64,000 nucleotides of DNA from Eledone cirrhosa (Eukaryota): contig OZ024740.1 in NCBI GenBank assembly GCA_964016885.1, forward strand, positions 234,360,001 to 234,424,000, read 5' to 3'. Below, piece by piece: positions 42,853 through 55,335 of this stretch. Every line of letters starts with the position of its first letter. Position 1 is the first letter of the stretch. The notes under the pieces are model-generated. The model was not told the origin of the DNA. It did no database searches and worked only from the letters and a program-made list of their open reading frames with translations. The translations under genes and the position numbers were made by a program.

Positions 42853-42934
42853 CATACATACATACATACATACATACATACATACATACATACATACATA
42901 CATACATACATACATACATACATACATACATACA

Positions 42935-43883
42935 TAATATATTGGTTCCCACTTTGAAGGATACGCTTTTGCAATCCAAGAACAGGAGATTAGCACGAAA
43001 TACCTGATTCACAAAAGAGATAGGGATGCAGGCAAAACACCTAGATGTGATAACAAGTGCAAACTCTGCAGAACTAACACCGAGGATATCACCCATGTTA
43101 TCAGCAGCTGCCCAAATATGTCATCGCGGTACTATCTACCTATGAGGCATGATGTAGTGGCCAAAACACTGTACAATGCAGTTCGTAAAAAAGATAGCCT
43201 CGATAATAAACACATTAAAAGCTACAGCAATGTGGAAGACATCCATGTACATAATATGAAAGAGTACTGGTGGAATGTTCCAGTAAAAACCCCAATAAAA
43301 TGCAGGCATAACAGACCAGATATTATGATATGGGACAGGGAGAAGAAAACATGCACAGTAGTGGAAATTAGCTGCCCAGCAGATGCCAATATAATATCAA
43401 AGATTAGTGAAAAGGAGAATATTTATGCAGAACTGATGAGAAATCTGCAGATACTCCACCCTGATTACACCTTCAGATTTATGCCTGTGATTATTGGGGC
43501 ACTGGGATATGTTAGTAACTGCCTCAATACAAATCTTGAGAAGCTAGGCTTCACAGGAACAGAAAGAACACAACTAGTTAGGAAATTACAAGTACAATCC
43601 ATTAATAGAACAGTAAAAATATGTAAAACATTCCCAAAATGTTGCATCTAATAACTACATATACACATGTACAGATACAAAGCATATACACATGCACACA
43701 TACAACTCAAAACATACACATCCACACATACAATAACATCCATATCTACACATGCAGATATGCAGACATACATATCTACCTAGTTGATGTTGTGTAAATT
43801 CCAATGAGAGAGTCTTGTGTCTATGTTAGAAACCGACTCTCTCTCTATTGGTAAAACTTTGTGAAATTATAAAACCAGAAGAA
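42935..43883 (+). mobile_element. 5'-truncated R4/Dong-like LINE (CCHC + restriction-like endonuclease) in (TACA)n
   Basis: FAIQEQ, CKLC...THVISSC, RHD, RPDI...VEISCP; 3' UTR ends GAAGAA-(CATA)n. Confidence 0.88.
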
Positions 43884-44118
43884 CATACATACATACATAC
43901 ACAGATACATATACAGACACACAGATACATACACATACACATTCATATCAACATTCGTATGTGTGTGTATAAGTGTGTATATATATTTATATATATATAT
44001 GTGTGTATAAATATATATATACACATATAATGTATATGTGATGTCCTTTTCATCATTTAAACTCCGGTCTCTTTGTAATCAATACATATACATACATAAA
44101 TACACACATAAATGTATG

Positions 44119-44199
<81 letters not shown>

Positions 44200-44229
44200 A
44201 GATCAAAAGATGGTTAAAAGAGTTCCAAG

Positions 44230-44300
44230 TATTTTATTATGCGCATTTCAAAAACAAATATCATCATGGGATGATATTTGCGTTCTCATCAGATAAAATA
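44230..44300 (-). ncRNA. Type I hammerhead in the Penelope 3' pLTR
   Basis: TATTTTAT-CTGATGA-GAACG CAAATATCAT/ATGATATTTG TTTTT-GAAA-TGCGCA-TA^ATAAAATA. Confidence 0.85.
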
Positions 44301-45305
44301 GGGAGACATGATATGAAGCTTAAAAAACACTTGCGAGCAGTGAAGTGTAAAATCAACATATGAAAAATAAGATAAGATGGATATATGAGATTGGGAAAAA
44401 AAAGGAGGGGGTGTAGGAAAAAGTAAGAAAGAGGAAGAAAGAAAATAAAGGATGACGGTGGGGGGGGGGGGGGAGTATAAGAAGGAAGGATGAGAGAGGA
44501 GGAGAAATGAGTGATAGAGAGAGAGAAATAGCCTTTATAACTGAGAAAACATTGTCGCACAGAGAGAAATTAAAAAACCGTTGAAAGGTAATGGATAATT
44601 TAAAAAGAATTTGAAATTAAAAGTTAATGAGGTTTATGAATGGTGATGTTTATGAATAAAGAAAAAGGAATTTATTTATTTAAGGTTTATATATTGAAGG
44701 GTTTAATAATATGTGCGAAAAAAAAGAATTTATTAATATGTATTATTAAAATAAAAATATTAAGTATATTAAGGATATAATATGAAAGAAGGAGAGATTG
44801 AATGAATTATGAACTTAGAGGAATTAGTTAGGGTTTAAGTTTGTTTTTATGTATTGTAATATGTAAAAGTAAATAATAGGATTAATGCGAGTACGGAAGG
44901 AGAGAAGAAAGAAGAAAATTTAAGGAAGAAAAAATACCTAACGTCAAATAGTATATATATTTACAAAATTTTCTAATGGTAATATTATTATATATTAAAA
45001 AGATATAGTTTCTATGGCCAATAATATAAGGAAAAATGGAAAAATGGAAAATGCCATAGGGAGTAATAATATGAAATAAAAAGTAATTGAGAAGTAAAAG
45101 TTACAGATTAAAGATTAGAAATTAAAAAAGAAAAAAGGAAGAAAGGAAAAAGGATTAAAAGAAGAAAGATAGGGGACCTTTAACAACATAGACTGAGTAA
45201 ATTGTATAATATAATATACTGAAATAAAGTAGAAAGATGGGTATATTTGTAAAAGATATAAAAGCCTTTGAGAAAAAGATTTTAAACTAATTAGGTATTG
45301 AGATA

Positions 45306-45790
45306 TTAGCTGTATACTTTATGGAAAGTTCTATGAGATTTATGCAAGCAGAGCGAAAATAAATCTGTACGTCTATTTATTATAGAATTAAAATTAGATA
45401 TAATGGTAAATTTCTCGGCTAAGCAGAGATTACATGTTCTGGATAGGGAAGAATTTCGGTAAGGAAAGGCGTTGCAAACCTTCCTCCAAGAGATGTTATA
45501 GTTAATATTTTTGTCTTTTAAGGACCATATGAGTTCCGAGAATGCCGTGTTAGTTCTTTTAAGTTGGTATTTAAAAGACGATTTGTGATTATAAAATCTT
45601 GTTTTAAAGGAAGTGGAAGTGGAACCGAAATAGGTAAAAGAATTAGTATCAGTTATAACCTTACATTCATACACTAAGTTTTTATCAAGACATTGGTTAT
45701 TAAGAGGACATTTAGTTCTAACAGGGCAATTACAATTCCGATTAGAGAAATTAACAGAGTTATTAACAAGTGACCTAGTATTATTTATAG
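45306..45790 (-). pseudogene. Penelope GIY-YIG endonuclease domain
   Basis: NCNCPVRTKCPLNNQCLDKNLVYECKV...YFGST...FKTRFYNHKSSF...CNLCLAEK...INRRTDLFSLCLH. Confidence 0.9.
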
Positions 45791-45951
45791 AAAGAATTAG
45801 ATTGGAGAAATTATTTACGATAGGAACTATAGTTTCCTGATTTAGATTGGTGTTATGATCTTATATTATTTATATTCCAGTCCTATAAACTGTGGAGTGG
45901 TACTTATCCGATAGTTACATTTCTTTATTGTGCTACAATAAAACTCACCTC

Positions 45952-46017
<66 letters not shown>

Positions 46018-46020
<3 letters not shown>

Positions 46021-46077
46021 CATTCTGATGACTGAAAGCAAATTTGTTTGCTTTCAAGAAACCACTGGTAAATGAAA
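46018..46077 (+). ncRNA. Stand-alone type I hammerhead between (GA)n and (TA)n
   Basis: TTTCATT-CTGATGA-C TGAAAGCAAA/TTTGCTTTCA A-GAAA-CCACTGG-TA^AATGAAA. Confidence 0.85.
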
Positions 46078-46102
46078 CAATTATCTTATGTTTATTACAT
46101 AA

Positions 46103-46171
<69 letters not shown>

Positions 46172-46181
46172 CATACATATA

Positions 46182-46245
<64 letters not shown>

Positions 46246-46269
46246 TGTGGAGAGGAAGCACACGAGTTA

Positions 46270-46312
<43 letters not shown>

Positions 46313-46584
46313 AAAACAGGGAGAAAGAGACGATTATTAGGAAGAAACGTATTTTTTTCCTTTTTTGTTTCTCTCTCTTTTTTCTGGGTTAGAAAATGAT
46401 TAAAACGAAACGTTTTACTTTGTGTGAAGTGTTAAGGTATTAGTTGATTTATTTATTATTTAACAATGGCATTTATTTTTCTATATACATATATGTATAC
46501 AGACGTACATATACATGTGTGCATGTATGTATATATATGTGTGCATGAATGTATACGTACATACATATATGTATACAGACGTAC

Positions 46585-47166
46585 ATATATATATGTGCAT
46601 GTATTTATATATATACATACTACTGTACGTCTGTATTCATATATGTATGTACGTATACATACTTATATTTAAGTAACTGCCGTACTAAGAGTGAGAAATG
46701 AAATTTCGTTTCATTCTATTCCATTTATCGTTTTCGATGCGCCCGGCCAACTAAACTCACTCGATATGGAAATTAGGCTGCTCAGCCGTTAATATGCATA
46801 AGGAAAGTATATACTTTCAGACGTTCAAACATCTGGCAGGAAGGTATACGATGCTGACGATGGCTAATAAGCTTGAAACTAGTACATCGTTCCTGTGTTA
46901 GTGTTGAACAAAAAGGTGACGTGGTTGCCTAAACGCTGTACGGCGTAATTCGGGCTGTTTGTTTGTTTACAACAAACAAACCGAGCATTATAATAAATGT
47001 TCGGTAAACCGATACGTACATATATATATATGTGTGTACATGTATGTATATATATATATACATACTACTGTACGTCTGTATACATATATGTATGTACGTA
47101 TACATACATACTTACATTTAAGAAAGTGCCGTACTAAGAGTGAGAAATGAAATTTCGTATCATTCT

Positions 47167-47170
<4 letters not shown>
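46585..47170 (+). mobile_element. Partial tandem (~449-bp period) hammerhead-bearing element
   Basis: Direct repeat CGTACTAAGAGTGAGAAATG at 46681 and 47130; hammerhead at 46848-46890. Confidence 0.7.
46848..46890 (+). ncRNA. Minimal type I hammerhead
   Basis: ACGATG-CTGACGA-T GGCT/AGCT T-GAAA-CTAG-TA^CATCGT. Confidence 0.85.
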
Positions 47171-47231
<61 letters not shown>

Positions 47232-47390
47232 AATGAGTTATATGGTTTGTTGATTATTATTCAACAGAATTTTAAGCACTCGACACAGTTTATCTGGAGT
47301 ATTATTAATATTAACAATATTAATAAATGGAAAATATCTTTATCATAAATATGGTATTATTATAAAGATATTTTCCATTTATTAATATTC

Positions 47391-47560
<170 letters not shown>

Positions 47561-47657
47561 GCAGGAGAAACTCTAGAGCTGCCGGATCAGCTTTAATAAA
47601 TAATTAATCATTACTATGGTATATTCAGAGTTAATTCTCACGTTCACCGTTGCTAAC

Positions 47658-47725
<68 letters not shown>

Positions 47726-47738
47726 ATGTGTGTGTGTA

Positions 47739-48165
47739 CACTGATTATGTCTGTATAAGATGTATAAGTATAACTATAACTATTTGCAGCTATCCGATTA
47801 TTTTGAGGAAAGTATGTATGTGTTTATATAATTGTTTCTTCTTTAGGCACAAGGCCAGCAATTACCCAGTGCATTACTGGTACTTTATTTTATCGACCCC
47901 GTAAGGATGAAGGGCAAAGTTAACCTCGACGGGATTTGAACACAGTTACGGCCCTTGCCATTCTGAGTTCAAATCCCGCCGAGGTTAACTTTGCCTTTCA
48001 TCCTTACGGGGTCGATAAAATAAAGTACCAGTAATGTACTGGACATTGCTGGCCTTGTGCCTAAAGTAGAAACATTTATATAAACACATACATACAAACT
48101 TTTCTCAAAATAATCGGATAGCTGCAAATAGTTATACTTATACATCTTATACATACATAATCAGT

Positions 48166-48166
<1 letters not shown>
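47739..48166. mobile_element. Fold-back of SINE 3' ends plus about 90 bp of inverted flank
   Basis: Arms at about 47739-47940 and 47968-48166 are reverse complements with several mismatches; outer (TG)n and (CA)n. Confidence 0.9.
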
Positions 48167-48203
<37 letters not shown>

Positions 48204-48489
48204 ATATATATATATATAGAGAGAGGGAGTAGATAGATAATTATATATATATAGATATACATATATATAGAGAGATAAATAGATATATTTCTTTATTAGC
48301 CACAGGGGCACAAAAGAAGGGGACAAATACAAAGGGGGAAGTTTACATACAATAAAAACGTGTAAAATGTGTAAAATACTATCACAAATGCAATTTAAAA
48401 ATTAATCGATTTTCCCCAATAGGGGGAGACATTACATATGGGTAATAGATTGATAGATAGATACATACACACACATACATATATATATG

Positions 48490-49019
48490 CAAAAGTTTTA
48501 TTTAAGATTGTTGGGTTACAACCAGTAAATATTTTATAACTGATATAAAAGCACTCAACAGTTTCTGGAGTAGGTTTACGATATTAAACAAATGGAAACT
48601 ATATTTATAAAACCATATTTATTTCGTTATATATATTTCTGGGATATCATATTAAAAATTTCACCTCCTCAATGTATTTCTCTCTATCATATCTCCTTGT
48701 CTCTCTATCTCGCTCCGTTGTTTTTCTTTGCATACATCTCTTCATCTTCTTCTTTTCTTTATTTACATACATCTCTTCATCTTCTTCTTCTTCTCATCTT
48801 CGTTTTTCTTTCTATATAACTGTCATAACAGTTTCACTACCAAATCAACTTTTTAAATGGAAGTTGCATTATTACAAGGTATGTCACTAATTATTTATAA
48901 AACAGCTTATGTATTGTATTTTGTCTGAGGAAGGCATACCATATTTTTAATATGATATCCCAGAAATATATATAACGAAATAAATATGGTTTTATAAATA
49001 TAGTTTCCATTTGTTTAAT

Positions 49020-49024
<5 letters not shown>
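48490..49024. mobile_element. pLTR-like fold-back element (arms about 48578-48660 and 48943-49024); related fragment at 47270-47395
   Basis: Inverted arms; CTGAGGA at about 48925 directly before the second arm; (TA)n flanks. Confidence 0.55.
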
Positions 49025-49062
<38 letters not shown>

Positions 49063-49073
<11 letters not shown>

Positions 49074-51594
49074 AATATAGACATAGAATATTCGAAAATA
49101 TTCTGTATGTTTATAATAAACATTTTGAAGACCTAATCGCTATAGAATAGAATACGTCACGTATTACAATTAGATTCTCGATAAAAGCAAGGGAAGTAAT
49201 CTACGCGTTTCATTCTTGTTAGAAATCATCAGGACTACATATCCAGTGCTTTTATCGAGAATGACACAGCTAGAGACTTATAGAATACTTAGCTGTGTAC
49301 AGGAACGTGACGTATTCTATTCTATAGCGATTAGGTCTTCAAAATGTTTATTATAAACATACAGAATATTTTCGAATATTCTATGTCTATATTCACATAT
49401 ATATCGCTATTTCAGAGCATTTATTCCAATTTCTAATTTCTGCCGGACCGGCAACCGCTCTTTCAAACCAGTTCCTGTACACAGCTAAGTATTCTATAAG
49501 TCTCTAGCTGTGTCATTCTCGATAAAAGCACTGGATATGTAGTCCTGATGATTTCTAACAAGAATGAAACGCGTAGATTACTTCCCTTGCTTTTATCGAG
49601 AATCTAATTGTAATACGTGACGTATTCTATTCTATAGCGATTAGGTCTTCAAAATGTTTATTATAAACATACAGAATATTTTCGAATATTCTATGTCTAT
49701 ATTCACATATATATCGCTATTTCAGAGCATTTATTCCAATTTCTAATTTCTGCCGGACCGGCAACCGCTCTTTCAAACCAGTTCCTGTACACAGCTAAGT
49801 ATTCTATAAGTCTCTAGCTGTGTCATTCTCGATAAAAGCACTGGATATGTAGTCCTGATGATTTCTAACAAGAATGAAACGCGTAGATTACTTCCCTTGC
49901 TTTTATCGAGAATCTAATTGTAATACGTGACGTATTCTATTCTATAGCGATTAGGTCTTCAAAATGTTTATTATAAACATACAGAATATTTTCGAATATT
50001 CTATGTCTATATTCACATATATATCGCTATTTCAGAGCATTTATTCCAATTTCTAATTTCTGCCGGACCGGCAACCGCTCTTTCAAACCAGTTCCTGTAC
50101 ACAGCTAAGTATTCTATAAGTCTCTAGCTGTGTCATTCTCGATAAAAGCACTGGATATGTAGTCCTGATGATTTCTAACAAGAATGAAACGCGTAGATTA
50201 CTTCCCTTGCTTTTATCGAGAATCTAATTGTAATACGTGACGTATTCTATTCTATAGCGATTAGGTCTTCAAAATGTTTATTATAAACATACAGAATATT
50301 TTCGAATATTCTATGTCTATATTCACATATATATCGCTATTTCAGAGCATTTATTCCAATTTCTAATTTCTGCCGGACCGGCAACCGCTCTTTCAAACCA
50401 GTTCCTGTACACAGCTAAGTATTCTATAAGTCTCTAGCTGTGTCATTCTCGATAAAAGCACTGGATATGTAGTCCTGATGATTTCTAACAAGAATGAAAC
50501 GCGTAGATTACTTCCCTTGCTTTTATCGAGAATCTAATTGTAATACGTGACGTATTCTATTCTATAGCGATTAGGTCTTCAAAATGTTTATTATAAACAT
50601 ACAGAATATTTTCGAATATTCTATGTCTATATTCACATATATATCGCTATTTCAGAGCATTTATTCCAATTTCTAATTTCTGCCGGACCGGCAACCGCTC
50701 TTTCAAACCAGTTCCTGTACACAGCTAAGTATTCTATAAGTCTCTAGCTGTGTCATTCTCGATAAAAGCACTGGATATGTAGTCCTGATGATTTCTAACA
50801 AGAATGAAACGCGTAGATTACTTCCCTTGCTTTTATCGAGAATCTAATTGTAATACGTGACGTATTCTATTCTATAGCGATTAGGTCTTCAAAATGTTTA
50901 TTATAAACATACAGAATATTTTCGAATATTCTATGTCTATATTCACATATATATCGCTATTTCAGAGCATTTATTCCAATTTCTAATTTCTGCCGGACCG
51001 GCAACCGCTCTTTCAAACCAGTTCCTGTACACAGCTAAGTATTCTATAAGTCTCTAGCTGTGTCATTCTCGATAAAAGCACTGGATATGTAGACCTGATG
51101 ATTTCTAACAAGAATGAAACGCGTAGATTACTTCCCTTGCTTTTATCGAGAATCTAATTGTAATACGTGACGTATTCTATTCTATAGCGATTAGGTCTTC
51201 AAAATGTTTATTATAAACATACAGAATATTTTCGAATATTCTATGTCTATATTCACATATATATCGCTATTTCAGAGCATTTATTCCAATTTCTAATTTC
51301 TGCCGGACCGGCAACCGCTCTTTCAAACCAGTTCCTGTACACAGCTAAGTATTCTATAAGTCTCTAGCTGTGTCATTCTCGATAAAAGCACTGGATATGT
51401 AGTCCTGATGATTTCTAACAAGAATGAAACGCGTAGATTACTTCCCTTGCTTTTATCGAGAATCTAATTGTAATACGTGACGTATTCTATTCTATAGCGA
51501 TTAGGTCTTCAAAATGTTTATTATAAACATACAGAATATTTTCGAATATTCTATGTCTATATTCACATATATATCGCTATTTCAGAGCATTTAT

Positions 51595-51600
<6 letters not shown>
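49063..51600 (+). ncRNA. 310-bp tandem array of minimal type I hammerhead units (non-LTR retrozyme-like): inverted partial unit 49063-49306 plus 7.4 direct units
   Basis: CTGATGA at 49545, 49855, 50165, 50475, 50785, 51095 and 51405; motif GTAGTC-CTGATGA-TTTCTAACAAGAAT-GAAA-CGCG-TA^GATTAC; antisense copy at 49196-49238; (TA)n on both sides. Confidence 0.92.
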
Positions 51601-51667
<67 letters not shown>

Positions 51668-52004
51668 TATACATATATATACATATATATATATGTATAC
51701 ACCCACAAATATATACCAAATTCGCAGTCAATGGTAAACATTGAGGACCGAATAAATTAACTGATATAAAAGATACAGAAGTGAAAACCAACCCAACAGT
51801 GAGTGTGTTCTGTTATTAATTCTGGCAATATTATTTCAACAATATGACCCTCCCCAAGTATATATACATACATTTGCACATATAATCTCAGCTAATTTTT
51901 TTACGCTATTAATTTTTAGTGTAAATTTATTGATACTACTTTCCAGGGGGTTAAATACAAGTTGTTGAACATGGCATCCCAAATTGACTCAAATCAAGTA
52001 ATGA

Positions 52005-52632
52005 TTTCTAGTATAGGCACAAGGCCTGTAATTGTGGGGGGGGGTCGATTAAATCGACCCCAGTCCGTTACTGGTCCTTTATTTTATCGACCCCGTAAGA
52101 ATGAAATCCAAGGTTAACTTCGGATTTGAGCTAAGACCGTAAAGGACTGTAACTCTATGCTGCAAAGCATGGTGTCCGATGCTCTACGGATTCTGCCAAT
52201 CCACCGCACTACTCAAATCAAATAATGGTTTCTTATATAGGCACAAGGCCAGTAATTTTGGGGGAGGGGAAGTCGATTAAATCGACGCCAGTGCGTGACT
52301 GGTACTTTACTTTATCGACCCCGTAAGGATCAAAAGCAAAGTTAACCTCGGCGGGATTTGAACTCAGATCATAAGCGCCGTAACTCTATGCTGCAAAGCA
52401 TGGCGTTCGACCCTCTACCGATACTGCCAATCCACCGCCCTCATCTTAAAGAAATAATATAAGGGCGGTGGATTGGCAGTATCGGTAGGCCGTCAGACAC
52501 CATGGCCCTTTAGTTTCTGAGTTCAAATCCCACCGAAGTTAACTTTGCCCTTCATCATTACGGGGTTGATAACATAAAGCACCAGTAATGCACTAGGGTA
52601 ATTGCTGGCCTTGTGCCAAATGTAGAAACAAA
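52005..52632. mobile_element. Cluster of three SINEs (52005-52208 minus, 52225-52440 minus, 52462-52632 plus)
   Basis: Family core in each; spacer ACTCAAATCAA(G/A)TAAT precedes both minus copies. Confidence 0.9.
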
Positions 52633-53432
52633 TATTTAAAGAATCATAATTCCTATGTAATTTATTTTTTATGGAGAAGCGCTACAGGCCCAGTAAATCC
52701 CGCGCACCCGCATTTCCTATAAATATTAATAAGCTTATAACTGATATAACTCACTCACATAACTGTACAACGTTGACAGTTTGGTATTTATAACTAGACA
52801 ACCAATACACCGTGTCTTTATGTTATGAATAAATAATACCGAACTATATCCATATAATTAATAAACATATATTTATATTTACTAAGAAATTAGGAATCAT
52901 GGCTAATTCGGGATTTAGGTCGAAAAACCTGCAGATAGGCGGCGAATTGAAACGCCGTGCGGTATTCTTTCCAGCTGACTGTGGCAGAGTTCAAATCCCA
53001 GAGCGGTTACTTTTGTTTTTCATCCTTTTGAAGTTGATAAAAAAATTAGTGGGGTAGAATCTTCCTCTATATCTCTTACTCAATTTCTCTCTATCGCCCA
53101 CTCTCCTTCTCTCGAGAGGAGATGGTTCATGCCATATTTTAAATTCTCAAGAAACGACGTACGTCACTACGGAACCCCTACGACTCCATTTGGAGCTACA
53201 GGTCTATAAATAAATACATACACTTATATTAACAATATTATGGAAAATTATTGCTGTAAGCCATTGTTTTGTTTTGCACTGGGTAATTGCTGGCCTTGTG
53301 CCAAATGTAGAAACAATTATTGTTTGATTTGAGTCAGTTTAACCACAGCGGGATCAAATATATGTTTATGAAACGTAGATCTAACTGTATATGTGCATAT
53401 TCATAAACCATGCTGTACAAGTACTCTAATTA

Positions 53433-55259
53433 CACTACATAACAAAATGAAAAACGTTTCTTTAGCTAGAGATAATTAGAGTGATTTTAACTAATTTCCA
53501 TCACGTCTAGATTTTGATCTACAAGATACTCCTTACAAACCAAATTTACAGAAATGTAATGTAGCATGCAGTACGTCAAGAGTTCCTATTTGTCTTTTAA
53601 GATAAATGTTTTGCTCCACATATTGTATGCAAAGGTTGAAGTGATAGACTTTGTGTTTCAGTGGCAAGCTGAAGCAAATGGTATTTGCCACTGCAATAGA
53701 ATGGTGAGAACAAAGCAGCCATTCAACTGAATGTAATTTTTGCATTATTAATGTTGAAGGGTTCAATAAGAAAACTGCAAACTATATTAAGTATCCAAAT
53801 TGCCATCTGCCATAAGACCACAACCATATTCAGTTGAAATTCCTCCCATGCCAATCAATTAACCATTGGATGACTCAGATGATGATTCCGTTGACGAAAC
53901 TGGGTATGAAAACCAAATGGATGGTAAGGATTTTGAAATTCCTCATTTTTGCCCAAAAATAAGTCAAGAATAACTGGATCATTTTGTTCGAAAGTTGAGG
54001 ATCTCTAAGAATGATGCTTACCTGGTTGGAACAATGCTCAGAGAATTTGGTGTATTGACCCAAGGAACTAAAACAACAGCACACAGGCACATAGAAAGGA
54101 AATCTATTAATTTTTTCGGCACACATAATGAACTGGGTTTGGTTTATTGTAAGAACATTACTGGTTTGATGATGGCACTGGGAATTTCCTCTTATGTATA
54201 GACAGATTAGTGGTTATTCATTGATGGCAGTGTTTCTAGCTTAAAGGAAGTCTTTTTGCATGCTGGGAATAAGTTCTCAGGGATTCCAGTGGTTTATTTG
54301 AGGGAAGCACAAGAGCCATACGAGACTATCAGGATGTTACTTTCTTTGATCAGGTATGATGATTTCAAGTGGAAAGCTGGAGGTGACTTGAAGACCAGAG
54401 TTTTTGTTTTTAACTGGAATGCAAAAAGGCTACACAAGCTTTTGCTGCTTCTTCTGCCTGTGGAACAGCCAAGCTGTAAATGAGCACTACAGTCGGCAGT
54501 ATAGGCCAGCACGCCACGGATAGGGACCAAGGAATGTACGTTCAGTACGTACCTGTAGTCTCACCTGAGATAATTGTGTTACCACCACTACATATTAAAC
54601 TTGAATCTTCAAAGCCTTTTTGAAGTCACTGGAACCGGAGGAAAGGGGGAGGGAGTGGGTGGGAACCAGTCAAGTTACTCAAAGATATCTCTCCTCGATT
54701 AAACGAAGAAATGATTTAAGAAGGCGCGTTCGTTGGAGCATACACTCGCAAATCAGATGTTCAGAGATTCATAGCTGATCTCCTGAATTCATTCGATCCA
54801 CAGATTGTCAAAATGTCCTTAAAGATTCACTTTTTAAAGAGTAACTTAGATTTCTTTCCTTTTGACTTGGGCAGGACCGGGGAGGAGCATGGTGAAAGAT
54901 TTCCTCAAGTGATCACTACTATTGAAGCAAGGCACTAAGAGCAAGCCTGTCCCTACGTGAAGGTAGACTTGCTGGCTTCACTCTTCTTGAACTCCATACT
55001 ACTGATCTTGACAGTGAAAGCAATTCTGTAACGTTTCTGTGGTAAGTTTTATCTAAATGTATATTGTTATTTTAACTGATTAATTGTAGTTTAGTACATT
55101 AATAAATTACATTCAATGTTCACAAGATTAGACACTTTTTCTGTAAATGTAGCATATCTGGGATATCTTGTAGATCAAAATGTAGATGTGATGGAGGACC
55201 CTAAAATTAACTAATATCAACTAAAGTAGTGTTTACTAAAAAATTAGTGTTAAGCAGTG
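53433..55259 (+). mobile_element. Chapaev3 (CMC) DNA transposon with decayed transposase
   Basis: Termini CACTACATAACA and TGTTAAGCAGTG; TTA TSD; subterminal inverted repeat at about 53495-53530 and 55160-55195; motifs WLFIDGS..SLK..LHAGN, GDLK, LPPLHIKL, MSLKIHFL, EHGERF. Confidence 0.9.
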
Positions 55260-55335
55260 TTATCAATGTATGTATGTATGTATGTATGTATGTATGTATG
55301 TATGTATGTATGTATGTATGTATGTATGTATGTAT

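Larger units (their letters stand above)
44195..45955 (-). mobile_element. 5'-truncated Penelope-like element (Neptune-type GIY-YIG, long 3' UTR, hammerhead pLTR)
   Basis: GIY-YIG ORF plus same-strand hammerhead at its 3' end; both flanks are (TA)n. Confidence 0.85.

Noticed and set aside
43428-43460. CTGATGA-GAAA-TCTGCAGA-TA hammerhead-like string in the R4 LINE
   Set aside because: No helix II, poor helix I, and it is explained by the coding sequence ELMRNLQIL.
49063-51600. CRISPR array or rDNA/snRNA tandem
   Set aside because: Units are identical with no unique spacers, the context is eukaryotic, and I see no similarity to 5S or U snRNAs.
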